A stretch of 64,000 bases of DNA from Spirochaetota bacterium (GCA_009787025.1 WRGT01000071.1:45-64044), one strand, 5' to 3'; shown: positions 28,277 to 37,894, counted from the first letter of the stretch. Notes: a model not told the origin generated them from the sequence alone. Translations and numbers: made by a program.

Positions 28277-30088
28277 ATGGGTAACATATCTGAAATTGTT
28301 AAAAAAAGTGCAAGCAAGTATCAGAAAGACCCGACCAAAATGCTTGATGTCATAAGGGACGTACAAGCGGGATTAGGTCAGGTCTCACAAGAGGCTATTG
28401 TAGAAATAGCAAAAGTGATGAAGGTCTCTACAGTCGATGTTGAAGGCGTTGTCACATTTTACCATTTCTTCTCGGAAGTGCCTGTTGGAAAATATTCCGT
28501 ATATCTAAACAACAGCGCAGTATCAGTAATGAAAGGTTGTTATGATATAGCTAAGGCATTTGAGAAAGAGGTCGGGTGTAAATTCGGCGAGGTTTCCTCC
28601 GATGGAAAAATCGGCTTACACTACACTGCAGACATTGGTATGAATGACCAAGAGCCGGCTGCAATTATCAATGATGTGGTATTTACAAGTCTGACGGCAG
28701 ACAAGGTAAAGGCTATTGTTGCTGATATGAAAGCAGGCAAAAACATGCAGGATACCATTAAAGATTTTGGAGACGGGAATAACCAGGATGCGCTTATAAA
28801 AGCTATGGTTAAGAACAACATCCAAAAGAAAGGCGCAGTTCTGCTTGCTCCTTTTGAGTCAGGTTCTGCATTGAAAAAGGCAGTAGCTATGACACCGGAA
28901 GCCGTAATTGCAGAAATGAAAACTTCTAACCTGAGAGGACGAGGAGGAGCAGGTTTCCCTACAGGTATGAAGTGGGATTTCACACGGCAGTCACCGGGAA
29001 AGAAAAAGTATATCGTATGTAATGGTGACGAAGGCGAACCGGGTACATTCAAAGACAGAATTCTCTTTACAGAGAGAGCCGAAATGCTTTTTGAAGGTAT
29101 GGCAATAGGCGGTTATGCAATCGGAGCGGATGAAGGATTATTATATCTCAGAGCCGAGTATATGTATCTTAATAAATACCTTGAAAGCGTATTAGACAAA
29201 ATGAGGAAAGACGGTCTGCTCGGAAAAAATGCAGCAGGAAAAAAAGGATTTAACTTTGACATAAAAATCCAGATGGGAGCAGGCGCATACGTATGCGGTG
29301 AGGAATCGGCTCTAATTGAATCGGCAGAAGGAAAAAGAGGCGAGCCGAGAAACAGACCTCCATTCCCGGCACAAAGAGGTTTCATGGGTAAACCGACCTC
29401 TGTTAATAACGTAGAGAGCTTCTGTTCCGCTGCAAAAATCATCCTTGAAGGCGGCGCATGGTTTGCCAAGATGGGTACTGATAAATCTAAAGGAACAAAG
29501 CTGCTGAGTATTTCCGGCGACTGCAAAAAACCCGGTATATATGAAGTTGAATTCGGAACAACAATTCAGGCGTTATTGGATGAATGTGACGGAAAAGATG
29601 CAAAGGCAGTACAAGTCGGAGGACCTTCAGGCGTATGTATAAATAAATCTAAATTCGGAAACAAAATATGTTTTGATGACCTTGCAACAGGAGGATCAAT
29701 AATAGTAATAGGACCAAACAGAGATATTCTTGAAATAGTACGCAACTTCATGGAATTCTTTGAAGAGGAATCATGCGGATGGTGTACGCCATGCCGTGCA
29801 GGAAACAAGATTCTTCTCCATAAACTCGAAAAAATTATGGATGGTCACGGCACCGAGTCGGATCTAAAAGATTTGGAAAAATGGTGCGTAACAGTAAAGA
29901 GCATGAGCCGCTGCGGACTTGGTCAAACTTCTCCAAATCCGATACAATCCACTCTGGCGAATTTTAGAGAAATATACGAAGCTAAGATTCAGAAAGGGCA
30001 AGAATTTGTTTCGGAATTTGATATGGCTGCTGCCGTAAAAGATTCATGCGCTTTTGCAGGAAGAAAACCAATTGTAGAGGGACATTAA
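28277..30088 (+). CDS. hoxF: NAD(P)-linked hydrogenase diaphorase subunit HoxF (NuoE-like + NuoF-like fusion)
   Basis: FMN/NADH motifs GRGGAGFPTGMKW and the [4Fe-4S] motif ESCGWCTPCRAG. Start set at ATG 28277 after AGAGGG; the track starts at 28235. Confidence 0.88.
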   Translation: MGNISEIVKKSASKYQKDPTKMLDVIRDVQAGLGQVSQEAIVEIAKVMKVSTVDVEGVVTFYHFFSEVPVGKYSVYLNNSAVSVMKGCYDIAKAFEKEVGCKFGEVSSDGKIGLHYTADIGMNDQEPAAIINDVVFTSLTADKVKAIVADMKAGKNMQDTIKDFGDGNNQDALIKAMVKNNIQKKGAVLLAPFESGSALKKAVAMTPEAVIAEMKTSNLRGRGGAGFPTGMKWDFTRQSPGKKKYIVCNGDEGEPGTFKDRILFTERAEMLFEGMAIGGYAIGADEGLLYLRAEYMYLNKYLESVLDKMRKDGLLGKNAAGKKGFNFDIKIQMGAGAYVCGEESALIESAEGKRGEPRNRPPFPAQRGFMGKPTSVNNVESFCSAAKIILEGGAWFAKMGTDKSKGTKLLSISGDCKKPGIYEVEFGTTIQALLDECDGKDAKAVQVGGPSGVCINKSKFGNKICFDDLATGGSIIVIGPNRDILEIVRNFMEFFEEESCGWCTPCRAGNKILLHKLEKIMDGHGTESDLKDLEKWCVTVKSMSRCGLGQTSPNPIQSTLANFREIYEAKIQKGQEFVSEFDMAAAVKDSCAFAGRKPIVEGH

Positions 30089-30089
30089 G

Positions 30090-30785
30090 ATGAGTGATAT
30101 AAAATTTACAATAGATGGAAAAGCATGTACTGCAAAAAACGGCCAGACCATTGTAGAGGCTGCAAAGAAAAGCCGTATTTACATTCCGGTTCTCTGTCAT
30201 TTTGATGGATTAAAGCCTGCCGGCACATGCCGTATATGCACAGTTAAGGTTGGGGGCAGATTCATGGCCGCTTGTACAACACCCGTAACGGAAGGAATGG
30301 TTGTAGAAAACGACACCCCCGAACTTCAAGAGATGAGAAAACAGATCATAGAGATGCTCTTTGTTGAAGGAAATCACATGTGCCCAATGTGCGAAAAGAG
30401 CGGAAATTGTGAACTTCAGGCTCTCGGATACAGGTATAAGATGATGGTTCCAAGATTTCCATATCTATGGCCAAAGAGATCGGTTATCGCTGATACTCCA
30501 AAGATATACCTAGACAGGAATAGATGTGTGCAATGTTTAAGATGCGTTAGAGATGTTAAAACTTCTGATGGAAAGAATGTCTTCGGAGTTACCATGAGAG
30601 GCGGAAAAGCAATAATCAGCATAGATAAAAAACTTGCCGCAGCATTAAGCGAAGAAGCAGCTTTAAAGGCTATGAACCAATGTCCGGTTGGATGTATCTT
30701 AAGAAAAGAAATTGGATACAAAATACCTATTGGTCAGAGAAAATTTGATACTAAACCTATCGGAAGCGAACTCGAAGGTAAATAA
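30090..30785 (+). CDS. hoxU: hydrogenase diaphorase Fe-S subunit HoxU (NuoG N-terminal-like)
   Basis: 2Fe-2S ferredoxin-like N-terminus (CTAKNGQT...CHFDGLKPAGTCRIC) and the 4Fe-4S motifs CPMCEKSGNCELQ and CVQCLRCVR. Confidence 0.85.
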   Translation: MSDIKFTIDGKACTAKNGQTIVEAAKKSRIYIPVLCHFDGLKPAGTCRICTVKVGGRFMAACTTPVTEGMVVENDTPELQEMRKQIIEMLFVEGNHMCPMCEKSGNCELQALGYRYKMMVPRFPYLWPKRSVIADTPKIYLDRNRCVQCLRCVRDVKTSDGKNVFGVTMRGGKAIISIDKKLAAALSEEAALKAMNQCPVGCILRKEIGYKIPIGQRKFDTKPIGSELEGK

Positions 30786-30812
30786 AGTTGAAAGAGAATT
30801 TGGAGGCTAATT

Positions 30813-31361
30813 ATGAGTAAACCGGTTGTGGCCACAGCGTCACTTGCAGGATGTTTTGGGTGTCATATGTCAATTCTTGACATAGACGATAGAATACTAA
30901 AGCTTATCGAACTGGTGGAATTTAATAAATCACCTATTGATGATATAAAAACTTTTACAAAGCAGTGCGATATTGGAATTCTTGAAGGCGGTTGCTGCAA
31001 TAGTGAAAACGTACATGTTTTAAAGGATTTCCGCAAAAACTGTAAAATTCTAATATCTCTCGGAGAATGCGCAATTATGGGCGGAGTTCCGGCAATGAGG
31101 AATGGCATTCCTATTAAGGATTGTTTACAAGAGGCATATTTGGACGGACCGACAGTAGATACAAATACTGATAAGATAATTCCAAATGATGAAGAATTGC
31201 CGATGATTCTTGACAAGGTTTATCCCTGCCATGAAATTGTTAAAGTCGATTATTTTATCCCGGGATGTGCTCCAAGAGCAGATCTAATATGGGAAGCGCT
31301 TGTTGCGTTAGTAACCGGCAGTGAGTTAAAACTTCCTTATGAAGTTTTTAAGTTTGATTAA
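30813..31361 (+). CDS. hoxY: [NiFe]-hydrogenase small subunit (group 3, HoxY)
   Basis: N-terminus ATASLAGCFGCHMS; 182 aa. Directly precedes the large subunit. Confidence 0.85.
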   Translation: MSKPVVATASLAGCFGCHMSILDIDDRILKLIELVEFNKSPIDDIKTFTKQCDIGILEGGCCNSENVHVLKDFRKNCKILISLGECAIMGGVPAMRNGIPIKDCLQEAYLDGPTVDTNTDKIIPNDEELPMILDKVYPCHEIVKVDYFIPGCAPRADLIWEALVALVTGSELKLPYEVFKFD

Positions 31362-31373
31362 TTGGAGCCAATT

Positions 31374-32825
31374 ATGGGAAGAAAAATAACAATAGAACCG
31401 GTAACAAGGATTGAAGGTCACGGAAAAGTAACCATTCAACTTGATGATTCGAACAATGTAACTCAATCTCGTTTACACGTAGTAGAGTTTAGAGGATTCG
31501 AAAAATTTGTACAAGGGAGACCTTACTGGGAAGTTCCTGCATTAGTACAGCGTCTCTGCGGAATATGCCCTGTAAGCCATCACTTGGCTGCAGCAAAAGC
31601 TCTTGATGTAATAGTAGGAGCAGGCACAGGTCACGGACTAACTCCAACAGGAGAGAAGATGAGAAGACTTATGCATTACGGACAGTTTTTTCAGTCACAT
31701 GCATTACACTTCTTCCATTTAGCTTCTCCTGACCTTCTTTTTGGAGCAGACGGCGACCCTGCAATAAGAAACGTAATAGGAGTTGCTCTGGAGCATAAGG
31801 ACCTTGCAGTACAGGGCGTTATGATGAGGAAATACGGGCAGGAGATAATTCAGGCAACAGCAGGAAAAAAAGTACACGGCACCGGAGCAATACCGGGCGG
31901 TATAAATAAAAATCTTTCTGCTGCCGAAAGAGACACTTTCCTTAAAGGTGCTGATCCTCTAAACATAGACAAAATGATTGCATGGTCGCAAGGTGCATTA
32001 GAATTTTTTAAAGGCTACTATGCCAAAAATAAAGACTTCATTGACAACTTTGCAGTTTTCCCGTCTTCACACTTAAGTTTAGTAAGAAAAGACGGAGCGC
32101 TTGATCTTTATCACGGCGTACTCCGCGCAGTTGACTCCGAAGGCAAAAAAATACTAAATGATGTTGATTGCCAGGATTATGCTAAGGTTATTGCAGAAGA
32201 GGTTAAGAGCTGGAGTTACATGAAGTTCCCATACTTAAGATCAATAGGTAAAGAAAAGGGATGGTACACAGTAGGACCTTTAGCTCGTTTAAATGTCTGC
32301 GATTTTATTCCTACTCCTCTTGCACAGAAAGAATTTGAAGCTTATAAGGCGCTTACAAACGGCAAGCCAAATCACATGTCTATGCACATGCACTATGCGC
32401 GGTTAATTGAGCTTCTGCACTCTGCTGAGGTAATAAAGGACCTCCTTAAAGATTCAGATTTACAGAAAAAAGACCTTGTTAAAAAAGGTAAAAAGCAGAA
32501 AGAAGGTGTTGGTATTGTTGAAGCTCCTCGCGGAACACTCTTCCATCACTATAGAGTTAATGCAGATGATCAGGTTACGATGGGGAACCTCATTGTTTCT
32601 ACAACAAGTAATAATGAGCCTATGAACAGGGCTGTTAATTTTGTTGCAAAGAGCGCCTTTAATGGGAAGAAAGAAGTTACTGAAGGTATGATGAACAGAG
32701 TTGAAATGGCAATAAGAGCTTATGACCCTTGTTTAAGCTGCGCCACACATGCTCTCGGACAGATGCCTCTTGAAGTTACGCTTGTTGACTCAAAAGGAGC
32801 CGTTATTGATACAAGAAGGAAATAG
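31374..32825 (+). CDS. hoxH: [NiFe]-hydrogenase large subunit (HoxH)
   Basis: N-terminal RLCGICPVSH and C-terminal DPCLSCATH Ni-Fe ligand motifs. ATG 31374 has GGAG 8 nt upstream. Confidence 0.92.
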   Translation: MGRKITIEPVTRIEGHGKVTIQLDDSNNVTQSRLHVVEFRGFEKFVQGRPYWEVPALVQRLCGICPVSHHLAAAKALDVIVGAGTGHGLTPTGEKMRRLMHYGQFFQSHALHFFHLASPDLLFGADGDPAIRNVIGVALEHKDLAVQGVMMRKYGQEIIQATAGKKVHGTGAIPGGINKNLSAAERDTFLKGADPLNIDKMIAWSQGALEFFKGYYAKNKDFIDNFAVFPSSHLSLVRKDGALDLYHGVLRAVDSEGKKILNDVDCQDYAKVIAEEVKSWSYMKFPYLRSIGKEKGWYTVGPLARLNVCDFIPTPLAQKEFEAYKALTNGKPNHMSMHMHYARLIELLHSAEVIKDLLKDSDLQKKDLVKKGKKQKEGVGIVEAPRGTLFHHYRVNADDQVTMGNLIVSTTSNNEPMNRAVNFVAKSAFNGKKEVTEGMMNRVEMAIRAYDPCLSCATHALGQMPLEVTLVDSKGAVIDTRRK

Positions 32826-32830
32826 ACTTC

Positions 32831-33280
32831 TTGAAAGATAATAGGATTTATATTTATGGTTTTGGAAATCCGGGCCGTCAGGACGACGGCCTGGGACCAG
32901 CCATTATAGACAGACTTGAGCAGGATAATATTGCCGGAATTATTACAGACAGTAATTATCAGCTTAATATTGAAGACGCCCACAATATCTCTCAAAGCGA
33001 TGTGGTTATATTTGTTGATGCATCAATTGATGCCGAAGAACCGTTTACATTTAAAAGAATTGAACCCTCAAATGAAATAACCTTTACAACACACAGTATG
33101 GCTCCCGAATCTGTTATTGCTCTTTCCAAAGAAATATATGACAAAGACATTGAAGCATATGTTATGGCAATCAGAGGCTATGAATGGGAGTTTAACGAAA
33201 AATTCTCTCAAAAAGCAGCCCATAACTTTAATGAAGCATATATTTTTTTAACAGGGAAGATAAAAGAATTGTTAGTGTGA
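32831..33280 (+). CDS. hoxW: hydrogenase maturation endopeptidase (HoxW/HycI family)
   Basis: GFGNPGRQDDGLG motif; 149 aa. Immediately downstream of hoxH. TTG start. Confidence 0.8.
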   Translation: MKDNRIYIYGFGNPGRQDDGLGPAIIDRLEQDNIAGIITDSNYQLNIEDAHNISQSDVVIFVDASIDAEEPFTFKRIEPSNEITFTTHSMAPESVIALSKEIYDKDIEAYVMAIRGYEWEFNEKFSQKAAHNFNEAYIFLTGKIKELLV

Positions 33281-33431
33281 AGAGTGAAGTTGTTGGCGAG
33301 AATTGACTAAGCAGGGAATACCGGTAAATCAGACAGCAATGGACTTATTCAGAAAGGAGATACAATTCCAAGCGACAGAGTAAAGTTTAAATTGAAAAAA
33401 TAAAAACATTAGATATAGGCAGGGGGGATAA

Positions 33432-34118
33432 ATGACAATAGAAGAGAGCCAATATTACTATACAGTAGTAGATGGAGACAGCTTAACAAGGATAGCAGAT
33501 AAGCATGGATTAAAACCAACAATAGATTGGGCAAGAAAGATATGGGAAGACAGTAAGAATTCATGGATGCATACAGAATCAAATAAATATGGTTCAAAGT
33601 CCAAGAGACAATTACATATTGGAAATAATAGGTATGAACTTTATGATCATTTAAGATACGAACCCGGTTATGGAGGATATGAAGATCTTCATCAGATAAT
33701 CTTATATAGCGGTGAGAAGATTTGGATACCCGAAAGAGTAGAAGGGGAACGTATCCGCCATGAGATAACAGATGATGAGTTGATAAACGGTTTTAGACCT
33801 GAGTTTGGCAGGAGGTATCTGTTAGTATTTCCGGCAATCAAGTTACAGTTAGACATGGAAGACGGAACATATTCAGAAGATGATAAATATACTCTATACG
33901 GATATGATGATAAGGACGAATTGATATATAAAAGGACTTTAACTGTAAAAGAAGATAGTGAAGATAATAACGGGATTAAGGAATTAGTATTCAATGCAAC
34001 ACCAACATGTTTAAAGTATACGCTTGAGATAACATCAAGAACTGGTGATAAGAAAAAGGTTGAAACAGCGGAGCTAATAGCAAATAAAATATTTAACATG
34101 AAAAACAGGTTAAAATAG
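33432..34118 (+). CDS. hypothetical protein with a split LysM-like motif
   Basis: YYTVVDGDSLTRIADKHGL ... (about 60 aa insert) ... ILYSGEKIWIP resembles a LysM interrupted by an insertion. No signal peptide. SD GGGGGG. Confidence 0.55.
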   Translation: MTIEESQYYYTVVDGDSLTRIADKHGLKPTIDWARKIWEDSKNSWMHTESNKYGSKSKRQLHIGNNRYELYDHLRYEPGYGGYEDLHQIILYSGEKIWIPERVEGERIRHEITDDELINGFRPEFGRRYLLVFPAIKLQLDMEDGTYSEDDKYTLYGYDDKDELIYKRTLTVKEDSEDNNGIKELVFNATPTCLKYTLEITSRTGDKKKVETAELIANKIFNMKNRLK

Positions 34119-34173
34119 AAAATATTTCTATCAATTAATTTTAAATAAATATACAAAACAAATCGGAGGAAGG

Positions 34174-35163
34174 ATGACTGATACCAGAATACAAGACTTG
34201 GTTGCGAAAAAAAGTAAAGATGGCTTTGTTGTTAGATACGATGATGAAAAATATGATAAAATAATTAAAGGACAAAACGGAAATAAGGTGTATGATTGGA
34301 AACAAAAAGATTTTGATATCAAAATGAATGATGAAGAACCGATACTTGGTACTAAAACAAAAATTGTTGGGAAAGGGCATAAACATTATTTTAAAGACAT
34401 TTTTGAAGCAGAAAAATATCATAAAAGATTATATAGTAGAATATATAAAATGAAAAAATGGAATGATGGTATTGAATTATATGATTCACTTGCAAGTGAG
34501 ACATATAAGAAGAAACTTAAAGATTTGGAAAGTTTATTTAGTGAAGAAAATTTATATTGCTATGATAGACTTTATTTAGGTAAAGCCGGTGATATCCCTT
34601 ATATGCAAAGAGAGTATTTTAAAAGAGCGACTGTAAATACAATTCCGTCAGTAGGCTGCTTGATTACTTGTATTGCTGAAATAGTTTCTTACTATTTTGA
34701 TATTTGGAAAACACCAAAAGCTGTTGATGAAGAACTGGATGAAATGGATTTTAACGCTCGGTTTGATTGGGAGAGAGGCTATATTAAAAATTCGGCTAAT
34801 TTGAATACAAAATATGTAGTTGAAAATAAGTATGGTCTTGTATATAACGAGCCTAAAGATAATACAGCTAAAGATAATACGGCTGGAGATTATAAAGATA
34901 TATTTAGGAAAGAGCTTGATAAAAGAGTTAAGGCAAATGAGCCAACAATTATACTATTAAAAAAAGGCAAGATGCATTTTGTTGTAGTTGTAGGCATTAG
35001 ATATAAGGGGAAGGATGAATCAGGCAAACCGACACACTATATTATTAATGACCCCGGAGCAAGCTCTTCAAAGGAAGAGGTAAGATATATAAGTAGAGAT
35101 ACCCTGAAGAGTGAATATTGGGATAGAGATATTACAAAAATATACCCAATTGATAAAAGGTAA
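34174..35163 (+). CDS. papain-fold cysteine peptidase, C39-like (Peptidase_C39_2-type) with unknown N-terminal domain
   Basis: Ordered Gln-Cys-His-Asp candidates: IPYMQ...SVGCLITCIAEIVSYY...KMHFVVVVGI...IINDPG. No signal peptide. SD GGAGGA. Confidence 0.55.
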   Translation: MTDTRIQDLVAKKSKDGFVVRYDDEKYDKIIKGQNGNKVYDWKQKDFDIKMNDEEPILGTKTKIVGKGHKHYFKDIFEAEKYHKRLYSRIYKMKKWNDGIELYDSLASETYKKKLKDLESLFSEENLYCYDRLYLGKAGDIPYMQREYFKRATVNTIPSVGCLITCIAEIVSYYFDIWKTPKAVDEELDEMDFNARFDWERGYIKNSANLNTKYVVENKYGLVYNEPKDNTAKDNTAGDYKDIFRKELDKRVKANEPTIILLKKGKMHFVVVVGIRYKGKDESGKPTHYIINDPGASSSKEEVRYISRDTLKSEYWDRDITKIYPIDKR

Positions 35164-35200
35164 AATTCTTTGAGAGGATTAACATAAAAAGAGGTTAATA

Positions 35201-36316
35201 ATGAAACAGACTAATTCGTATAAACAAAAGATATTTTTTTATTTGTCGGCAGTAATATTTTTATCATTAATTATTTCTTGCGGAGGTTTCTCTAAATTAA
35301 GTAACAGTAATATACCAGTAGATATTTATGTTGGCGGAAACAGCGGAGGAAAATACTCTGATGATAGAGTTGCGGTATATTGGAAGAATGGCGAAATGAT
35401 ACCGCTTGAAACAAAGCGTTCAAATGTTTTATCTATTGCTGTTGCAGGCAACGATGTATATATGGGCGGATATTATATAGATGGATATACCATTCAAGCA
35501 GATGGTTATAATGGTATCCCAAGAGCGTGCTATTGGAAGAACGGCAAGCGTGTAAGTTTAAGCAATGCAAAATACGGTTCGTCGGTTTATGATATATTTG
35601 TGTCAGGTAATGATGTATATGTATGCGGGTGGATTAGCAATAGAGAAGATGAAATATCCAGCGGCTATTGGAAGAATGGTAAATGGGTTGGTTTGGTTAA
35701 AGCCAAAGATGGTTCGTGGCTTGTGTCGATATTTGTGTCCGGTGATAATGTATATGCCTGTGGGCGTAGTAAAAATAGTGATGTAAAATGGAGGCCGGCT
35801 TATTGGAAGAATGGTGAATGGATTGAGCTTCCATCTCTTAATGAAAAAAAGGATGCATTTGCTAATTCAATATTTATAGCCGGAAATGATGTATATTTGG
35901 GCGGACATAGTTATAATAATTCAGGAATTAATATAGCCTGCTATTGGAAGAATGGTAAATTAATTGCGCTTCCGTCTCTTAGCGAAAATAAGGATGCATC
36001 TGTTTGTTCAATATTTATGTTAGGCAATGATGTATATTTTGGCGGATATAGTTATGATAATTCAGGAATTAGTATAGCTTGTTATTGGAAAAACGATAAA
36101 ATAATCCCATTATTGTTATCTGAGTCTAAATGGTCAAGCGTGAATTCAATATTTGTATTTGGAAGAGATATATATGCAGTCGGGCTCATTCAAGGCAGTG
36201 ACGGTTTTGATATTCCCGGTTATTGGAAGAATGGCGACTGGGTGAAGTTAGATGCAAAAGGGTACTACCCTTCAGCTAGTTCAATAGTTGTTGTTCCAAG
36301 ACCAACGGTTCAATAG
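35201..36316 (+). CDS. lipoprotein with seven YWKNG repeats (predicted beta-propeller)
   Basis: Lipobox LIISCGG. Seven ~45-aa repeats ending (A/C)YWKNG(K/E)x(I/V)xL. Two adjacent repeats are about 80 percent identical at DNA level. Confidence 0.7.
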   Translation: MKQTNSYKQKIFFYLSAVIFLSLIISCGGFSKLSNSNIPVDIYVGGNSGGKYSDDRVAVYWKNGEMIPLETKRSNVLSIAVAGNDVYMGGYYIDGYTIQADGYNGIPRACYWKNGKRVSLSNAKYGSSVYDIFVSGNDVYVCGWISNREDEISSGYWKNGKWVGLVKAKDGSWLVSIFVSGDNVYACGRSKNSDVKWRPAYWKNGEWIELPSLNEKKDAFANSIFIAGNDVYLGGHSYNNSGINIACYWKNGKLIALPSLSENKDASVCSIFMLGNDVYFGGYSYDNSGISIACYWKNDKIIPLLLSESKWSSVNSIFVFGRDIYAVGLIQGSDGFDIPGYWKNGDWVKLDAKGYYPSASSIVVVPRPTVQ

Positions 36317-36478
36317 GAAGAACAACACAGCCACTACCCAGTCAGTTCTAAACTAAACAATTCCTAAAACGGAACTGTTCTTTAATACAAAAGCCAAGCA
36401 CAATTACCAAAATTATACTTTTTTTTATCCGACATAATACCGAAATTATTAATAAATCTATTAACACCGGGGATATAT

Positions 36479-37117
36479 ATGAAACTAAAAGTTATACTTC
36501 TTGGATTATTACTGATATTTCTTAACAATGCAATCTACGCACAAGACAGCGGCGAACTATATACAGTCTCAGTCGGTAAATCTATCGGACTTGAAGATCC
36601 GAAAAAATTCTTTCCGCTGCTTGGATATTCCGTTCAATTTCCGGAGAATATATCCTCAAGCCACATGTTAATTGATATATCATTAGGAGTAGGCTTAACC
36701 AAAGAGGTCACTAAGGCAGAAGGAAAGACTTTAGAAGAAAAGATGACTGCCGCCATTGAAGATAACGATGCCCTTGCTATATTGAATAAGTATAATCCAT
36801 TTAGACAAATGGCAGGATTCTACTCTAATAAAAACAGAAAATCCATAATTGTTGCTGCAACAATGCCGACTAAAGCATTTGAAGAAATTGAACGAAAAGA
36901 AAAGAATAAGACCAATTTTGACGATAAGCAGTCTAAAAACTTTATGATTGAGAATATTAAATGCTTTTGGTCTCAGCTTCATGAAGATAACAAATACCAT
37001 TCATTGGTCTGGCACAAAGACGGAGTATCATATATGATTTTCCCAATTGAAGGTAAAGACTTTACAGTTGATGAAGCTGCAAATATTGCAAAAAAAATTA
37101 TTGATGCCAATAAATAG
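36479..37117 (+). CDS. secreted hypothetical protein
   Basis: Signal peptide MKLKVILLGLLLIFLNNAIYAQD. 212 aa with no recognisable motif. Confidence 0.55.
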   Translation: MKLKVILLGLLLIFLNNAIYAQDSGELYTVSVGKSIGLEDPKKFFPLLGYSVQFPENISSSHMLIDISLGVGLTKEVTKAEGKTLEEKMTAAIEDNDALAILNKYNPFRQMAGFYSNKNRKSIIVAATMPTKAFEEIERKEKNKTNFDDKQSKNFMIENIKCFWSQLHEDNKYHSLVWHKDGVSYMIFPIEGKDFTVDEAANIAKKIIDANK

Positions 37118-37261
37118 ACTAAATTGTATCTTGCATTATAAGGTTCATACCATCCTAATAATTTTTACTTGATTTAAAATCGGTCTATAGTAAAATCTAT
37201 CAATTGCTATTTTTAAATACTCTGCTTTAATGAAATTAAGCAGTCAACTTGGAGGCATAGG

Positions 37262-37894
37262 GTGAAAAAAATTAAAATCTTCGCAGTAATTATAACTCTT
37301 TTTACAGCAGTTTCAGCATACGCTGAATATGAGGCAAGATATAATAAAAAGCAATCACCTAATGTACTATTTGATATTAATTTTGATGATCTTTCGCCAT
37401 ATTGGGGATTAAACTCAAGATATTCATTCTCCGATTCAAAGACATGGCTTGGCGGAGCAAGAGCAGGTCTTCTGATAGATCATAATTTTGCAATCGGACT
37501 TGGAGCAATGGGAGTTATACATTTCAAAGATACTGAGAAGCTTTTAAATGCCCCATACGATAGTTATTACAATAAAACAAGATTATATTATGGAGGAATG
37601 ACGCTTGCATACTATTTCAATCCAAAAGATCTTATTATTTTCTCTGTAGGCAGCCTTATAGGCGGCGGACTTCTTCACTTTGACAAAAATAAAAGCGTAA
37701 TCATTTTAAATGATGTAAATGACAAATTTTTTGTTGTTGAGCCTGAGATTAATGTCTTCTTGAATATAATACCATACTGCCGTATAGGGGTCGGTTCTTC
37801 ATACAGATTTACAAAGGGACTCAATACTAATGGTTTAAATAAAGATTTCAGAGATTTTACAGTTTCAGCCTCAATAGAGATTGGTGTATTTTAA
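37262..37894 (+). CDS. small outer-membrane beta-barrel-like protein
   Basis: Signal peptide ending AVSAYA. Alternating hydrophobic pattern and a C-terminal ...IEIGVF (terminal Phe typical of OMPs). GTG start after GGAGG. Confidence 0.6.
   Translation: MKKIKIFAVIITLFTAVSAYAEYEARYNKKQSPNVLFDINFDDLSPYWGLNSRYSFSDSKTWLGGARAGLLIDHNFAIGLGAMGVIHFKDTEKLLNAPYDSYYNKTRLYYGGMTLAYYFNPKDLIIFSVGSLIGGGLLHFDKNKSVIILNDVNDKFFVVEPEINVFLNIIPYCRIGVGSSYRFTKGLNTNGLNKDFRDFTVSASIEIGVF

Noticed and set aside
28621-29526. Long antisense ORFs inside hoxF. Similar shadow ORFs lie inside aroA, aroE/K, polA, the A2M gene, pepF and others (for example 4639-4965, 12918-13160, 50074-50391, 56988-57299).
   Set aside because: Each lies fully within a motif-supported gene on the opposite strand. 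They show Ser/Leu/Pro/Ile-rich shadow composition and no start context.
33281-33431. Possible remnant of a coding sequence between hoxW and the LysM-like gene. Short frames read RVKLLARID* and AGNTGKSDSNGLIQKGDTIPSDRVKFKLKK*.
   Set aside because: The frames are interrupted by stops, have no start or SD, and show no recognisable family motif. This is too weak to call a pseudogene.
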